A DNA stretch of 63,123 bases, filler included, from Reticulomyxa filosa (taxonomy: Eukaryota; Protista; Foraminifera), in the NCBI GenBank assembly GCA_000512085.1. It is 22 parts of 22 records of this genome, joined end to end, with 100 filler letters (N's around TTAATTAATTAA, not from the genome) between each part and the next. Parts side by side here need not be neighbours in the genome. Positions count along the whole stretch, not along the records: positions 39,845 to 51,100 come from ASPP01022449.1; positions 51,201 to 52,738 come from ASPP01042119.1; 20 more parts are not named here. The stretch is one strand, 5' to 3'. The position numbers and the translations under genes are program-made. Below, in pieces: positions 39,745 to 51,880 of the stretch. Under the pieces are notes generated by a model, which was given only the letters and a program-made list of their open reading frames with translations, made no database searches and was not told where the DNA came from. Within the stretch, counting starts at the first letter, position 1. The number at the start of each line of letters is the position of its first letter.

Positions 39745-40046
39745 NNNNNNNNNNNNNNNNNNNNNNNNNNNNNNNNNNNNNNNNNNNNTTAATTAATTAA
39801 NNNNNNNNNNNNNNNNNNNNNNNNNNNNNNNNNNNNNNNNNNNNTAATTTTGTTTTGGGGGTTACTTCTATGGTGACGATGCTGTTTTTTATTTTTCTTT
39901 CTATTGGTATGTAGATTATAATTTTTTTTTTTTTTTTTTAGTTTTACATGTGAGTTTTGCATGTGAGTTTTGTTTTTTTTTTTTGTCATCTTCTTCTTCT
40001 CCTTCTTCTTCTTATTGCTTAAATTTTTTTTTTTTTTAATAAAAAA

Positions 40047-40759
40047 GTGACACTCCCCATTTGCTGCATGGGACTTGTATTTTTATACGTGGTATGTGAA
40101 TTGGGACGGTTCTTTGGGAAGATGGACATTGCACTGGCAATTTATTTTTTCCCCTCTCATCTCTTTCCCAAATTTGCCATGTACATCCCAGTGAGCCACT
40201 CCGTACAGTGGAAGGAAAAATTTGCAGACTATGCGCTGGATCCTCATGTGCTCAAAATTGTTATATATGAATGTTTCATCAAGGTACCTGTCGCGTTTTT
40301 TTTGAGTGGAGTTTGCTTGATATTACTTAGTGGCGTTTTGAGCATCATGTTGTCGCCTCTCATGTATTGGATAATGCCCAGTTATTTCGCGGATAGTAAG
40401 TTTTGCTTGTTTGGAACTGCTAAGAAGACCGACGGTATGTCTTTGCTATTGCTTGTTCTTTTTTTTTTTTTTTTGATTAATGTAGTTGTGTTAACAAATC
40501 GCATTAAGGCAAAAAAAAACAAAAAATAATGAAATGTCTACTAGGTAACATTAATTGCAGTGGATGGGCTATTGTCGAGTTTGGAGACACCGTTGGCGCG
40601 TTTTTATTGTTTTTGCCCATTTTGCCACTCACGATGCACTTATGTCGCTATGGAGCTCGAGGTTTGCTTGCTGTAACCAACAACTTCCTAGCCATTGACG
40701 TGAGCACAACTGCAAGAACAAAGATTGCAAAACCTTTTAGACGAAGTTTACGAAGTTAA
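40047..40759 (+). CDS. Membrane protein resembling the 'putative sensor' (PF13796-like) domain, 5' partial
   Basis: The pattern GLVFL...LGRFFGKMDIALA...DP..LKIVIY..FIKVPVAF...SPLMYW, followed by a last TM exon, resembles this family from memory. Intron at about 40435-40542. Confidence 0.5.
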
Positions 40760-41970
40760 AAGTTTGCTTTGTTCGTCTCCAAACAAAAAGCTACCCATAC
40801 GTTCAAAAAAGCAATTTTTTTTAATCTAATCAACTTGGTTTTTTTTCTACAAATTGAAATTCGTTCCGGTATTCAATGCATTTCTTCACAAGTTTTTTTC
40901 TTATTCTGAAAAACGGAGCCAGCACCAAGTAAAAAAAAAAAATGGAGAAAAATGACCCGTTGATATTTATCCATTATCAAAAGTATTTTAAAACACTCTG
41001 TGTTTGGACTAAAGTAAACACACTAATTGTTTGGTATGCATGCACCCATAAATCTGGTAACTGATTGTTCATAAGTTGATCTACTCAGTGCAACAATAAT
41101 CCAATTTTGACATATCCTAAAAAAATAGTTGTAATTCACTTGTTATCGATAGTGTTGTGCTTGCTCAATTTAATCACTCTTTTACAAGTTAAGTAAATAA
41201 AAACTATTTTTTGAATATTTTTGACGTTAACACAAATCTATAACTCCAACATTTATGTTGTTATATGTTAGAATAAACCCATAGTTGCATTTATATTTGA
41301 AAATTAGCAAATTTTTAAATAATTTATTAGTTATATGCCAGATTTAAAAAAAGCAAAGTGTTAAATTTAGTGTTATAGTTTTGTTTGAGTTGACAACTTT
41401 TTATAAATTTATTTACATTTTGTTGAACTATGTCATATTATGGCGAGGTCATCACCACATAAAAAATAATCTATCGTGTATTACGACATTGTTGCCAGCA
41501 CTTTATTTGCTAAAAAATACAAACAATTGTTCGCGTTCAGTAGTCATAAAATATAAACTTATGAAAATAGTTATTTATGATTCAGATTTAACTGGATAAT
41601 CATTAATTCAAAATTTTGCTAGTTGCACTACGCAGACTTGTAGTAATTAAAAAATGATTTTTCAGTTGCTGTCAAATATTTTCTGTTGTTTACTATCAGC
41701 TCCAATTCTCCATTTGAATGCTTCTATGTTTTGTCGATTTTTCATGTTTAATTACTAGTCAACTGCTTTGCAACACGACGTAAGTAAATCATATTCAAAG
41801 TAATGTTATTCTCTTATCGCTCATATATCTCCAATTTCCATAATCTACATGTGGCCAAGACAAGAAAAAGTTGCTCTACTCGGCGTGCCCGAAAGGAAGC
41901 ACGTTACTGAAAAAAGGTAAAAAAAAAAAAAAAGATAATTAAAAAAAGCTAATCAATAACATCAATACAA

Positions 41971-43422
41971 ATGCTTAGTCGAATAGCACTAAGGCCTAGG
42001 ACCCGCATACCATCAGTGCAATGGGGGTGTGTGACCTTGAGTGAGCGTGATTATAACTCACGTGTAATAATTGTGGGAGGCGGTGCAGGGGGTATGTCAG
42101 TGGCGGGACAAATTTTGCGTAAGCAGTTAGTGAAGAAAGGGAGCGACATAACAGTGTTTGAGAAGAACGAGACGCATTACTACCAGCCAGGATTTACAAT
42201 GTTGAGTGGAGGATTATTGGGTTCAAAAGAGGAGGACGTGGTGAAAGCATCAGCAGGTCTATTGTACCGTCCAGTGGAAAGTGTATTTGACGAGCAAATC
42301 AATATAGTGCGAGACGAAGTAGGTGAGTTTGACCCAAAGCAAAACAAAGTGATAACGAAAGCAGGCAAGTCGTACACGTACGATTACTTGATCGTGGCGT
42401 GCGGCAACAAATTGCGTTATGACTTGATCGAAGGGGCCGTGGACGCATTGAACGACCCTGAAAGTAGTGTTGGGTCAATGTACGATTTCACGTATGCGAA
42501 GAAGATAAACCAATTGCGAGCCAAGTTCAACGGCGGCAAAATAATAGCCACGCAAGCGCCAATGCCCATCAAGTGCGCCGGTGCGCCCCAAAAGTGGGTG
42601 AATTTATGTGAAGAATCGATGCGTGTGAAAGGTATACGTAGTGCGTGTGACATTCATTTCTACACCGCTTTGCCGGCCATGTTTGGTGTGAAAAAGTATT
42701 CGGACGAGTTGTATCGACTTGCGACGAGCAAGCATATACACGCGCACTTTGAATACGATGTCCAAAAAGTGGACCACCAAAGGAAGAAAGTTTACCTGAA
42801 AAAAATCGGACCGAAAAGTACCAAAAATGAAGTCGTCATTGAGTCGTTTGATTTGCTCCACTTGGTGCCGCCACAAAGACCGCACGACTTTGTCGCCAAG
42901 GCTGCCTTTTGCAATGACGCCGGATACGTAGATGTCAATAAACATACCTTGCAGAGCACACGCTTTTCCAATGTCTTTGCTTTGGGAGATTGCTCCAGTC
43001 TACCCACCAGTCGAACTGCTGCTGCTGTGTTTTCTCAAAGTCCGATCTTGGTTTATTATCTTGAAAGGCAAATGCTTATTGATGCTAAGACCACAACTTC
43101 CACCTCGACTGCAACGCCCATAACCACCACGGTCGCTTATGATGGCTACACCAGCTGTCCTATCTTTGTTGGAGATAAGAAATTAATGCTGGCCGAGTTT
43201 TTGTACGATGGCCAAGTTAGTGAAACTTTTGCCAGGTTCGTTGATCAACGTACTCCTACCACCTATTTTTACTATTTGAAACGATATGTCTTTCCTCATG
43301 TCTATTGGAATTATGTTCCTCTCGCTCAGTGGTTTGGTCGAAATGGATTCAATCCGCCCCATTTCTTTCTTCAAACTCCCTCCCTTTCCTCGGGACATCA
43401 AGCACTACACAAATCACACTAA
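41971..43422 (+). CDS. SQOR: Sulfide:quinone oxidoreductase, mitochondrial/type II
   Basis: FAD-binding IVGGGAGG, HYYQPGFT, PIKCAGAPQK (catalytic Cys), NVFALGDC, SRTAAAV and YDGYTSCP (second Cys). Arg-rich N-terminus resembling a targeting peptide; intronless 483-aa ORF. Confidence 0.95.
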   Translation: MLSRIALRPRTRIPSVQWGCVTLSERDYNSRVIIVGGGAGGMSVAGQILRKQLVKKGSDITVFEKNETHYYQPGFTMLSGGLLGSKEEDVVKASAGLLYRPVESVFDEQINIVRDEVGEFDPKQNKVITKAGKSYTYDYLIVACGNKLRYDLIEGAVDALNDPESSVGSMYDFTYAKKINQLRAKFNGGKIIATQAPMPIKCAGAPQKWVNLCEESMRVKGIRSACDIHFYTALPAMFGVKKYSDELYRLATSKHIHAHFEYDVQKVDHQRKKVYLKKIGPKSTKNEVVIESFDLLHLVPPQRPHDFVAKAAFCNDAGYVDVNKHTLQSTRFSNVFALGDCSSLPTSRTAAAVFSQSPILVYYLERQMLIDAKTTTSTSTATPITTTVAYDGYTSCPIFVGDKKLMLAEFLYDGQVSETFARFVDQRTPTTYFYYLKRYVFPHVYWNYVPLAQWFGRNGFNPPHFFLQTPSLSSGHQALHKSH

Positions 43423-43893
43423 ATTATACTCATCTTTTTTTTAAATAAATAAATAAAAGGGGGTGGCCTTTTTTTTTCCCCCTCCTCCTTCCCCCCCTTC
43501 ATCTTGCACAAAAGCGTACTTAATTTATTTGAATAAAACATTAGCGAATAAATAAAACAAAACCAATGAAATTATAATAAATAAAAGCGTTTAACCTTTT
43601 TTCTTATTTTGATAACTACAAAATTGAATAAAGCCAAAAAACATCAACTATATGCTGAGTTTTCTATGGTGGTGCTTTGTTTGTATACTTTCTTATGATT
43701 TGTCGTTATTAAGTTTATTGATGCTTATCGATGCGTGTTAAAAGATTTGTGTAGAGGTTCTTGTTTTTATTTATTCGGACTGAATGCAGAGATAATCCAG
43801 ACAATGTTCTACAATTTTTCTGAAAAAGATTTGACAGCTGTCTTGTTTTTTTGCTTGAGGGGGGCGAACAGCATCCTTCATACTAAAAAAAAA

Positions 43894-45321
43894 ATGAGCT
43901 CAACAGATTTACATGAGGAATTTGAAAAATATTTAACAAATGATTCTTCTTTGAAGAATGAAAAAAATGAAGAAAATGTAGATATATTTAGTTATCGGTA
44001 CCCATATAAAAGCGTTGGTGCGGGGTTGAAAAACCTGGGAAACTCATGTTTCGCCAATGCGGTGTTGCAATGTCTTTGCTACACAACTCCATTGCAAAAT
44101 GTGATGTACACAACAAAGCATTACGAACGATGCCAACTTCATTCGAAAGGCGCTTTTTGTGCACTATGTGCATGTAATGAATTATTCAGGCGAATGTTGC
44201 CTCGAAACAGGAATGCATTGCCTCCGAAATCGATAGCACCGTATCGAATCATCGCCAACTTACCAGGTAGATTTATGTAAAGTAATTATATTTGGAAAAA
44301 CTCTTCTACCTTGTCGTAGTGTTCATTTATCTTTCTCCCCATGGGACAAATTACCAGCATCATTCTTGTGTTGAATGGCTATTATATGAAAATTGCAATG
44401 GAAAGCTATCGATAAGTCTTTTCGCGTGGGGACGCAAGAAGATAGCCATGAATTCTTGGTATCTTTGTTGAATGCATTTCACGACTGTTTGCTCTCTGAA
44501 AGTAAATGGAATAAGTTGAGTGAGAGAATGTCCACTTCACGTATACATCTTTTTCCAGTCTTTTATTATTATTATTATTATTATTATTGCTTTTCCAGCA
44601 AAACATAACGTATACAACTTGCCACATACGTATACACTCAAAAACAAAACAAAACAAAAAAAATAGCACGAATAAAAAGTCAGCAATACAACAAATATTT
44701 GGAGGTCACATGCAATCCCATGTTGAGTGCTTGAATTGTAATAAATACAAATCTAATGTCTTACAGCCGTTTCTCACAGTGTCGCTAGAAATTACTGAGC
44801 AATACTCTCTTACGAGTTCTTTGTCGCATTTCACTAAAAAAGAAACTATTCAAGGGTTTTCTTGCCCACTTTGTTCGCATAAAAATGTGAATGCGACAAA
44901 ACAACTAACGTTCTTTGAACCTCCCCACATTTTGGTTGTTCATTTCAAACGGTTTTCTATTGCTGTGCAAGGACAACTCAACAAGCTCAATCAATTTGTC
45001 CAGTTTGATGAATTCCTCACATTGCGACCAACCAAAAAAGGAGGTGGCCCTGTGTTCTATGAATTATTTGGTGTTTTGGTCCATTTGGGACGATCTATCG
45101 GTTTTGGTCATTACATTGCTTTTGTGCGAATAGCACATGATTGGTATTGCATGGATGATAATAATGTTTACAAAGTTCCCAATGGTATAAATGAGATATT
45201 AAAATCTCAGGCTTATATTTTGTTTTATCGAAAGTATTCTATGAACTTGCTTGTTTCGAAATTATAAAAAACTTTGGTTTAATCCCCGTCGCTTTTTAGG
45301 AACAGAGTCAAAGACAAATAA
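43894..45321 (+). CDS. Ubiquitin-specific protease (C19, USP36/42-like)
   Basis: Cys box GLKNLGNSCFANAVLQCL, QEDSHEFL, His box LVHLG....GHYIAFV, WYCMDD and AYILFY. Multi-exon. Confidence 0.92.
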
Positions 45322-45667
45322 TATAAATAAATCAAAATAACATAGATTTTTACAAAATGTGATGTCCTTTACCTTTTTGCAGGGCTGTTAACTTTTAAAC
45401 AATTATTTTTGTGCTTATTTCTTGCCCTTAGAGGAAACAAAACTCGTTCAAACTCTTCAAAAGGGGTTAAAAAGAGCCTCTACTTTTTTTTTAGGAGGCT
45501 GTTAAAAATCTGGTATAGAAAAGAAAAAAATTTCATTAGGTTCTCAAATCAACAATCAAGAAAAATTTTACGTGAACGAAAGGTGTAAACAAAAAAAAAT
45601 TTACGCTAATTTGAAGAAAAACAATTTTGCAACAAAAAAAACTCAATACTATTTAAAAAGAAGGATA

Positions 45668-48600
45668 ATGAATGGTAACAAAGTTTGTTGTGCTTTTGTG
45701 GAGGAAAAAAACATTTTACTGAAACTCTGTTATGTATAGTGCACAAACCAGGAGAACAACACTTAGAAGAAAAAAAGGAAGGAACAGAATCAAAAAGAGT
45801 ATCTGGTATGTATATTTCATGTTGTTTGTGTTACTTATTTTGTTAAAAAATAATGAAATGAGATACAAGGATAAAGAAAGCAGGAAAAAAATAATGCAAA
45901 AGTATTTGTTTGTTTTGATTTTATATTAGCAGAGCCTTTGGAGCAGATAATTGAAGCTGCAGATACTGGTGATGTACTTGTTAAGAAACTAAGGTCATGG
46001 AATTTTGGAAATGAATTACTAAATGAAAGCCTGTTGGCTGAATTGAATGGATCACACGTATTGTCTTGGGGGCTTACTGTTTGGGAGCGAACTGGTCTAT
46101 CAATGTATTTATTTGACAGCTTCCAGACTAAACATAGAAAAAGTTAATTGGAAAAAATACATTTTACTTTTTTCCTTATTAAAAAACGTATAAAGTTATT
46201 TTTATGCATATGACAAAAAAAATTAGAAGAAGATATGTCCAAGATAACAAAGTTTAGTATTACGTACGTTTTGTGCAAATCTCTTTAATAAAAAACAAAA
46301 AACTATAGGACGTCACCAGTAACTCCGAATACTGAGGGTTTGTTTGCTTTATTGTCTAAAATTATAAAGACAATGAAAAAATTCAAAAAATATTGCTGGC
46401 TTGCTTTGATTTATAGAATTATTATCTTTTGATCAAATTATTGAACCTTCAGATACAGGACATTTACTTATCACAAAATTGAGATCATGGAATGAAGGAA
46501 AAGCATTTTCACAAGAAAAAGAACTGAATACGTTGTTTGGGTCTTATATCTTAAGTTGGAAGAAAGAAGACTGGATCAATGCTGGATTAAATCAATGGAA
46601 ATTTGAATATTTTCATCATCTCCATAAAGGAAGTTAATTTAGAAGAAAGATTTTTAATTTACAATTTTTCATTTATGTTAACAAAATTATACTTAATTTT
46701 TGTGTGTGTTTTTTTTATAGAAGAAAAGCGAGGTATGTTCACTGTATTTACTTGTTTTTTTATTTTGTGTATATAATTCAATAATATTGCATTATATTTA
46801 TATTTATGTTTATTAATAGAAATAAGTAATATTGAACAACTAGCAAATACAGTGAGGCAAATTGTGAAAGAAATAGCATACGATTTATCGCAAAATGGTG
46901 TTATAATACAATTTCGAGAAAGTGAAGAACGAGAAAGCAATCAAGTATTATCGAATGCATGCTCACCAAATATGAAAATTGGAGGATTTGATGTAAATAA
47001 AAGAAAGGAAGAATTAGAACTATTAAATATGGAAGTGGAACGTATGATTAAGTTAATATATTACTTTTTTGTTTATTTTAAAAAATAAGTATTATCACAA
47101 AACAAAGAATAATGAAATGCGATCAAGAAGTTATCGTATCGTATTATATGGAGGAAGTGGAGCTGGTAAATCTCATTTACTGGATTATTATTTGAATGAA
47201 CATATAAAAAAAAATAGTAATGTGTCATATTTAACGATATCTTTTAATGATGACACGTATTTGGAAAATGAAATTGACTTCAAATTTGAGACATTAATTA
47301 GAATATGTTTTGAGTACTTTATCAAGACAACACGAATGGAACAATCAGTTCAAATATCAGCTCATAACGCAAGGCCTGCAGTATATAAACGTCGTTCATT
47401 TATTCCAGTGAAAACAACATCATTTATAAAATTTCGTAAATCATTTATTGCGTTATATAAAAAAATAAATATAGCAAATTTAGATTTAGAAAGTGTTTTA
47501 GGTTGGATTAGAAATGAAACAAAAAAAGACCTTCTTTTATTTTGTTGCGATGATATTACTCAATGGAAGAAAAGTGAAGAAAAATTTATTACATTTTTGA
47601 GAAGAAAGGAACTACAAGATAATAATGTAATCCAAATATTTACTACAGCATCTAATATTTTTCGACTTTTGGACTTACAGACAACTTCCGGAGCTTTAAT
47701 ACCTACAATATTTGTGAATGGAATTAATTTAGCAGATTTTATGAAAAAGATTCATAATTGCGAAACACCATTATTTGATGGATTACTTAAATTATGCAGT
47801 AATCACACAAGATCATACTTAATATTGCATCGACTAATGATAAATAGCAACGAAGAAGAGTCAAAAGAAGATAACATATTTGTTAGTAATATTAAAGAAA
47901 ATAAATGGCAAGATTGTATTGAATATTTTAGTAATGCGTGGAGAGACTCAATTCTTTGGGATTTGTCTAGCAAATTAATTTACTTTAGTCATTACATTTG
48001 GCGTTCATTTTTTCTTGCTGAAAAGGTAGAGCCTACATCCCGCGTGCCAAATTTAGAATTAACATGGATGGATTTGTCATTACAAGGAATTATTTCTTTT
48101 CAAAACCGTTTAATAATATTTATTTAATGTTTTTGTGTAAATATAAACTTTTTTTCTTAAAAATAAATAAACAGAAACGGGCTTACAATCGTTTGATATA
48201 CCACTAATGGTTTTATTGAATTTGAAGCAAGATACTAATAAAGAAAATGTGTTTTTGAGCTCTGTATCGACAATTTGCGATGAAATAAAAAAACCGTCAC
48301 CAAAAGCAATGGAAAAAATATGGGCAGCATTAGTTCGATTAAAATTAGAAGTATTAACAAAAGATACAGAATTAACAAAGATATTTGAAATTTCAAATAG
48401 TAGTGATGATACTGATGAAAAGATTAATAATTTAATAATTAAACGCATTGAGCATAATTCTTTGAATGACTATCAATATCAATTTAATCAAATGACAGAA
48501 TTAATTAAGAAAACAGGAATTTTTACATTTGATGAAAGTAACAGTGGATTTGATGTATTAGTGAAATTGGATGGTTATTTTAGAAATGATTCAAATAAAA

Positions 48601-49090
48601 TTAAAAAAATTTGGATATTTTTTGAAGTAAAAAGCTTTAGTTTAGATAAAATTGTGAAGCAAGGAAGAGAAGACAAACAATTATATCAATCGATAACCGA
48701 AATAAATTCATTAAAAAAAAAAAGGATAATAACGACAATAAACAAAATGAAAAGGAATCTAGTAAACCTAAATCAATTGATTGGAAATTGAAGAATGAAC
48801 TAATAAAAGCAAAAAAGACATATGCATCTCGCACCAAGCCAAAGACAGCAATGGAAACAATCGAAAATCAACAAATTCAAACAATAAAAACATTTCAAAA
48901 AATTAATGGTATTGATGATGATATTTTAGTATATATTGGTGTTTTTTTTGGGAAAAGAGAACAATCAGAAAATGTATATTTAATTATGGAGCCCGTAAGA
49001 GGAGGATTAGAAAAATTATTTGAAATTATGATTTGTAGCCCAATTAATAGCAATATCTCAAAAATAGATGATCTTGTAAAGAAGAGCTAA
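45668..49090 (+). CDS. Crinkler/RHS-type protein: two SAM-like repeats + P-loop NTPase + PD-(D/E)xK nuclease
   Basis: Two paralogous exons at about 45930-46142 and 46417-46632. Walker A YGGSGAGKS, Walker B LLLFCCDD, sensor-like IFTT. Nuclease-like MEKIWA...NSGFDVLV...IFFEVKS. One frameshift lies in the A run at about 48713-48723. The 5' micro-exons are tentative. Confidence 0.72.
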
Positions 49091-49420
49091 AATAAGATTC
49101 TATTAAAAGCTAATTTTGTGTGTGGAATTAATTCAATTGATTAATCATTTTTTCAATCGTTAATTTTTTTAATTACTATTAATTTCTTTTGTTTTTCATA
49201 ACTGAAAAATTAAAGTGCATCAATTAAATTAATCATGTCGCAGTTGTATTTTAAGGACATGTTCATAATCTACTTAAAAATAAATACATTTGTACGGCAG
49301 TGGAAAAAACATTATATATTTTCGGTTGACATTTTCGTTTTTGTAAAAAAATTTTGTATGAAAGAGTTTTTTATTCGTTTATTTTAAAGAAACATTCCAG
49401 CAATGAAATTGATTGAGCTG

Positions 49421-51100
49421 TTATAACTTTGCCAACATAAAAACAACAACAACAAAAAAAAAACAAAACATTTTTGTGATAAAATAGTTAAATTTTTTGA
49501 CGAGTGGATTTATCATTGTTATCAGAAATTGTGGATGGAGTAAGTGAATCATCACCACGAGGAAAATGTGCATGTGTATCTTTGGGAGTGGATGGATTGG
49601 AAGCAACCGAAAAAGGCAAACATGGAAATAGATTATTTCTGTTCATATTCATCATATTCATATTCATATTCATATTCATATTCGTATTCATACCCATATT
49701 CATCCCCATGTTCATATTCATGCCAACATTTAAATCATTGGAAGGAAAGGTATTATTTGATGGATGTGGAAGATTATGATGAATAGGATGAGTATGTAAT
49801 GAATGATAAGCAAATGAGGGAACTCCACAAGAAAAGGAAGGCATGGGATTACGATTGTCTGTTAGCATCAAATAGATAAGAGAAGAGTTATAGGATTAAA
49901 TCAAAGATTATAACAAAAGATTTTTTTTTTTTATTGAATGTTGGACTTGACTCTGTGAAGAAGATGAAATAGTAGGATTAGAATGAGCTAATTGTTTATT
50001 TATCCATGGAGAATTATTCATGAAAGCAGGATTAGGATTTGGATTGTCGTCTGTATTTTTTAATGTTGATGCATTTGTTGCAGTTCCATTTAAATTCTGC
50101 TATATTGTACACATCACCACATTAATATGAAGTACTTGCATTTGTTTTTTTAAACAACCAAATAAAATAAAATAAAATAAAATAAAAATGGAAGAGCAAA
50201 ACGGTGAATGGCAACACATTGAATCCATCCGTTGCAATGGGAAATGCTCCCAAATTAGTATTGGCAGAGACATAGCCAGGAAATGAGTTATTTGTGAGTG
50301 CTGATGTTCTGTTATTGTTGTCAATATAATGTGTTTTATCTGTTTTTATCATATCTTTGTCTTTATCTTTCTCTTTCTCTTTATCTTTATCCTTTTCTTT
50401 TTTCTCTTTCATTTTTTTTTTGGTGATTTTTTTGGAAGGACTGGGTTGAACCAAAGACTGTAAAAGAATGGATGACGTAGAATTGGACAATGAAGAAGGG
50501 CCTGATGTCACTGTTACATTTGAAGAAGAAGAAGAAGAGGAAGAGGAAGAGCCTTTCCAAATGGGAACAGAGCCAGATACAGTATTGGGAGAAGTGAGTG
50601 TTTTGGAAGTATTTTTGACTTTGAGAGTTTTGTCAAAGTTTTGATCTTGCAAATGCAAAGCCCTTTTGTGATATTTGTGTTTCATTTCATTGATTTGAGA
50701 TAACATATCTATGTGACACTCCAACATTTTTTCTATCAATTCTTGCTCACGTGTGCTGTGATGTACACTCGATTGTCTCCCTATTTTTTATATTAATTAA
50801 ATCTAAAAAAAAAGAATTAAAAATTAAAAAAAAAAAGAAAGTAATGTAACACAAAGGTTGAAATTTGTGAGTTGGCAAAATACGATGTGGTCCTTTGAGA
50901 ATGCGTTGATATAATGAAACAGTTGGATTGACGATAAGCAATTCAGTATATTGTTCCTCGACCAAAGGGATTTCACTCACAACTCCATTACAAAAAAATC
51001 CCAAATAATGATGCAATTCCACACGTGATTTGTAGGCACTATACACACAGCTATTGCTATCGTCTTCCTCATTGCCATTGCCATTGCCATTGCCATTGCC
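49421..51100 (-). CDS. Hypothetical low-complexity protein, multi-exon, 5' truncated
   Basis: Successive minus-strand exons contain (NG)n, poly-S, KDKD and (MN)n tracts around a short globular segment at 50850-51050. Confidence 0.55.
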
Positions 51101-51249
51101 NNNNNNNNNNNNNNNNNNNNNNNNNNNNNNNNNNNNNNNNNNNNTTAATTAATTAANNNNNNNNNNNNNNNNNNNNNNNNNNNNNNNNNNNNNNNNNNNN
51201 AAAAAAAAAAAAAAAAAAAATTCCCCTTTTTTTTTTTTTTTTTTAACTT

Positions 51250-51578
51250 TTGTTTTGTGGTGGGATAAATGAGACAGTTGCTCGTCCACTTCTGCACTTA
51301 GTGCTGCCACGCTCGTTCGCACATGCTTCAGGTCATTGCCCATCGCTTGTCGCACTACTCGGACACCTGCTGTCTTCACCTTCACCTCGGTGCCATCTTG
51401 CATCTTCAAACGCTTTCCCACTTTTTTACGCTCTTTCTATTGCAAAAAACCATCCCTCGTTCCAACTTCCCGTCCTCTTCTTTCTCACTTTACACAAGCT
51501 TACCACAAAATCTGCAGTTTTCAGCTTTTGGATGCGTTCATATTTTTTTCGCGCGGCTTGTCGTCGACCTTTCGGCAT
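51250..51578 (-). CDS. Basic hypothetical protein, first exon
   Basis: MPKGRRQAARKKYERIQKLKTADF... joins the 51149-51421 ORF through a probable homopolymer frameshift near 51445. Confidence 0.45.
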
Positions 51579-51880
51579 TATATTACGCTATGGAAAGACT
51601 GATTATGTATTATCAACGGGGTCTTTTTTTTAAAAAAAAAAAACGAGTGTTGGCTGTGCATTACAAAAACGGCAAATGCTGTCCCAATCCTATATTAATT
51701 TAAAAAAGAAATTACAGTGTGCACTTAAACTTACTAGTTGACACATTTGCTTCACGTCCGAATTCGGGAAAAACAGCAAGAGCATAACGCGAATAGTGAA
51801 AAAAAAAGTTATTAAATTTGACAAGAATTGGAAAGTTGAAGTTTGACGTGCTAAGTTGAACCTCTGCGTCAACTCCCTTC

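Noticed and set aside
1300-48730. Programmed frameshifting or an alternative genetic code
   Set aside because: Frame breaks in otherwise intact genes fall mostly in homopolymer runs (about 27025, 36640, 48715), as expected for pyrosequencing-type errors. Conserved genes end at ordinary stops.
41971-49090. SQOR, USP and CR-type gene as a functional cluster
   Set aside because: They are truly adjacent and co-oriented, but they are eukaryotic genes with unrelated functions and nothing in the sequence suggests co-regulation.
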